Source: an uncultured Eubacteriales bacterium
Lineage (GTDB): Bacteria > Acidobacteriota > Aminicenantia > Aminicenantales > Aminicenantaceae
Reading direction: 5' to 3'
Length of the DNA: 61,972 nt
NCBI GenBank assembly: GCA_964550165.1
Contig: CAZJYC010000005.1
Location: forward strand, 1 to 61,972
The translations under genes were made by a program, and so were the position numbers. The number at the start of each line of letters is the position of its first letter. The first letter of the stretch is position 1. Shown in pieces: positions 59,731-61,972 of this stretch. Below the pieces are notes generated by a model. That model saw only the letters and a program-made list of their open reading frames with translations, ran no database searches and was not told where the DNA came from.

Positions 59731-61972
59731 ATGAGGAAAGACTACAACTTCAGGACAATCGAAGAAAAGTGGCAGAAGATCTGGGAGGAGAAAGGCGTCT
59801 TCCAGGCCTGTGAGGATTTCCAGAAAACAAAATTCTACTGCCTGGAGATGTACCCCTATCCCTCCGGCCATATCCACATGGGACATGTCCGGAATTATGC
59901 CATCGGAGATGTCATTTCCCGCTACAAGATTATGAACGGATTTAATGTCATCCATCCCATAGGCTGGGATGCGCTGGGCATGCCCGCCGAGAACGCCGCC
60001 ATCAACCAGGGAATTCATCCCCAGACGTGGACTCTGGACAATATCGCCCACATGAAAGGCCAGCTGAAAAAACTTGGCTTCAGCTACGATTGGTCGCGAG
60101 AAGTCAACACCTGCCTTCCTGAATATTACAAATGGAATCAGTGGATTTTCCTCAAGATGTTTGAGCGCGGACTGGCCTACCGCAAAAAAAGCTGGGTGAA
60201 CTGGTGTCCGCAGTGTGGGACAGTGCTGGCCAACGAACAGGTCGTCAACGGCGGCTGCTGGCGGTGCGATACCCGTGTCTTGCAGAAGGAGATGGAGCAG
60301 TGGTTCCTCAAGACAACCCAATACGCCGAAGAGCTTCTCTCCGGCCATGCTCTCCTGGAAAAATGGCCCGAGCACGTCCTACTCATGCAGAAAAACTGGA
60401 TCGGGAGGAGCAGCGGAGCGCACATCACCTTCCCTCTGGCCGATTCTTCCCGTTCGGTCGAAGTCTTCACCACCAGAATCGACACCATCTACGGCGCGAC
60501 GTTTCTCGCCCTTTCGCCTGAGCATCCTTTGACTGCGGAGCTCATCCGGGATTCCAGCCAGAAACAGAAAATTCAGGAGTGGATCCAGAAAAGCGTTGAG
60601 AGCGTCCGACTCCGGGAGCAGCCGGGAGAGGTCGAGAAGGAAGGCATAGATACGGGCAAGAAAGCGGTCAATCCTTTCAACGGCGAGACAATACCAGTCT
60701 GGATTGCCAATTATGTCTTGATGGAATACGGGACAGGAGCCATCATGGCTGTTCCTGCCCATGACCAGCGAGACTTTGAATTCGCCAAAAAATATTCTCT
60801 GCCGATAAAGACGGTCATCGTTCCAGAAGGAGAATCTCCTGTCGAAGGTGAAGGAGCTTTCGAAGCCTACGGCCGGCTTGTCAATTCCGGGCCATTCTCC
60901 GGCAAGCCCTCGCCGGAAGCGATCGAAGAAATGGCCGCCCATGCCACGGAAAAGGGATTTGGCAGGGCGAACACAATTTTTCGCATCCGCGACTGGGGAA
61001 TTTCCCGGCAGCGCTACTGGGGGACGCCCATTCCCGTGATCTACTGCCAGAAATGCGGGATTGTCGGTGTCCCTTACAAGGACTTGCCCGTCGTCCTTCC
61101 CCGTGAGGTGGAACTCAAAGGAGAGGAGGGCTCTCCCCTGGAAAAGGTGGAAAGCTTTGTCAAGACTGCATGCCCCGAATGCGGCGGCGAAGCCAGACGG
61201 GAAACAGACACCATGGATACTTTTTTTGACTCCTCCTGGTATTATTTTCGCTACACCTCGCCTCAAGAAAAGAAGCTTCCTTTCAACCCCCAGGCCGCCG
61301 ATTACTGGCTTCCTGTGGACCTTTACATCGGCGGTGTGGAGCACGCCATCCTCCATCTGATCTATGCCCGCTTTTTCTGCAAGGTTCTCAGAGATTTAGG
61401 ATTGACTTCAATCAGCGAGCCGTTCCCGCGGCTGCTGGCTCAAGGCATGGTCACCAAAGACGGTTTTGCCATGTCCAAATCCAAGGGTAATGTCGTCTAT
61501 CCGGATGATATGGCCAAGAAATACGGAGCCGATACTCTGAGGCTTTTCATCCTTTTTGCCTCGCCTCCGGAAAAAGAGTTTGCCTGGAGTGACAAAGGCA
61601 TCGAAGGGTGCTACAGGTTCCTGAACAGGGTCTGGGCGACTGTGAACGAGAATCTGGATTTATTCAAAGAGAGAATGGGCATTCAAGAAGAAGAACCAGG
61701 TGAGGAAGCCAGCGGCCTGAGAAAAAAGATGCACCAAACAATCAAGAGGGTCAGCGAGGATATCGAGAAAAGATACCATCTCAACACGGCCATTAGTTCC
61801 ATCATGGAGTTTCACAACCAGATTAAACGAGAGGCCGATAAGTTGAGGCAGAACGCAGAAGGAAGGGCAATGTTGAAGGATTGTTTGGAGGCACTCATTG
61901 TGCTCCTCTCGCCTTTCTCTTCGCACATGTGCGAAGAATTGTGGGAAAGGATGGGCCATAAGACTCTCCTCG
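59731..61972 (+). CDS. leuS: Leucyl-tRNA synthetase, 5' portion (runs off the window end)
   Basis: MRKDYNFRTIEEKWQKIW...YPYPSGHIHMGHVRNYAIGDV...GWDALGMPAENAAI. HIGH motif (HMGH). The Zn/editing region follows. No stop before 61972. Confidence 0.92.
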   Translation, partial: MRKDYNFRTIEEKWQKIWEEKGVFQACEDFQKTKFYCLEMYPYPSGHIHMGHVRNYAIGDVISRYKIMNGFNVIHPIGWDALGMPAENAAINQGIHPQTWTLDNIAHMKGQLKKLGFSYDWSREVNTCLPEYYKWNQWIFLKMFERGLAYRKKSWVNWCPQCGTVLANEQVVNGGCWRCDTRVLQKEMEQWFLKTTQYAEELLSGHALLEKWPEHVLLMQKNWIGRSSGAHITFPLADSSRSVEVFTTRIDTIYGATFLALSPEHPLTAELIRDSSQKQKIQEWIQKSVESVRLREQPGEVEKEGIDTGKKAVNPFNGETIPVWIANYVLMEYGTGAIMAVPAHDQRDFEFAKKYSLPIKTVIVPEGESPVEGEGAFEAYGRLVNSGPFSGKPSPEAIEEMAAHATEKGFGRANTIFRIRDWGISRQRYWGTPIPVIYCQKCGIVGVPYKDLPVVLPREVELKGEEGSPLEKVESFVKTACPECGGEARRETDTMDTFFDSSWYYFRYTSPQEKKLPFNPQAADYWLPVDLYIGGVEHAILHLIYARFFCKVLRDLGLTSISEPFPRLLAQGMVTKDGFAMSKSKGNVVYPDDMAKKYGADTLRLFILFASPPEKEFAWSDKGIEGCYRFLNRVWATVNENLDLFKERMGIQEEEPGEEASGLRKKMHQTIKRVSEDIEKRYHLNTAISSIMEFHNQIKREADKLRQNAEGRAMLKDCLEALIVLLSPFSSHMCEELWERMGHKTLL

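Noticed and set aside
59656-61356. Two long minus-strand ORFs (59656-60375 and 60379-61356)
   Set aside because: They lie antisense to the unmistakable leuS coding sequence (HIGH motif, GWDALGMPAENAAI) and have no family features. These are typical shadow ORFs in a GC-moderate gene.

Overview
This 62-kb window reads as chromosomal DNA from a Gram-negative-type bacterium. Support for that: lpxK and lpxL, tatA and tatC, a type IV pilus locus, about 50% GC, tight gene packing with many 4-8 nt start/stop overlaps, and TTG/GTG starts. About 45 coding genes are supportable, plus two tRNAs (Pro-TGG, Arg-TCT). In window order they are: a putative extracytoplasmic muropeptide-processing trio (M28/PA peptidase, NamZ-like DUF1343, signal-peptide-bearing tandem-SIS MurQ/GckR-like protein); dCMP deaminase plus a P-loop kinase; a DUF362 protein; tatC and tatA; a CtpA-type S41 protease; a glyA-like/purD/purE/mtaB-like operon; mutL; a complete deltaproteobacterial-style pilus locus (pilB, pilT, pilC, a PilS-like kinase, a sigma-54 PilR-like regulator, two tandem pilins) with a textbook sigma-54 promoter and TGTC-type upstream sites; plsC; gmhA; a divergent PEPCK-like protein beside an aspartate aminotransferase fused to a second PEPCK/HprK-like P-loop domain; flotillin; a UDP-xylose synthase-like enzyme; rph; lpxL and lpxK; a 1041-aa BNR/Asp-box beta-propeller protein; comEC; an M20 amidohydrolase; a 1194-aa surface protein (SBBP repeats, InlB-type B-repeats, a clostripain/C11-like core whose expected catalytic Cys is Ala, and a CFxxTAAYGS C-terminal tail); the methylmalonyl-CoA mutase catalytic subunit; enolase; a YtxH/DUF948 pair; a FecCD/BtuCDF-type ABC importer; and the 5' part of leuS. 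Noncoding DNA carries two families of dispersed MITE-like repeats with terminal inverted repeats (at least 8 copies or fragments, one complete 232-bp composite element beside the tRNAs), a truncated 3-methyladenine glycosylase remnant, several strong hairpins, and a long structured leader ahead of the glyA-like/pur operon. The leads I rank highest are the aminotransferase-PEPCK-like fusion with its PEPCK-like neighbour, the pseudo-protease surface protein, and the MITE families. All calls come from reading the sequence and recalled family motifs. No database search was run.
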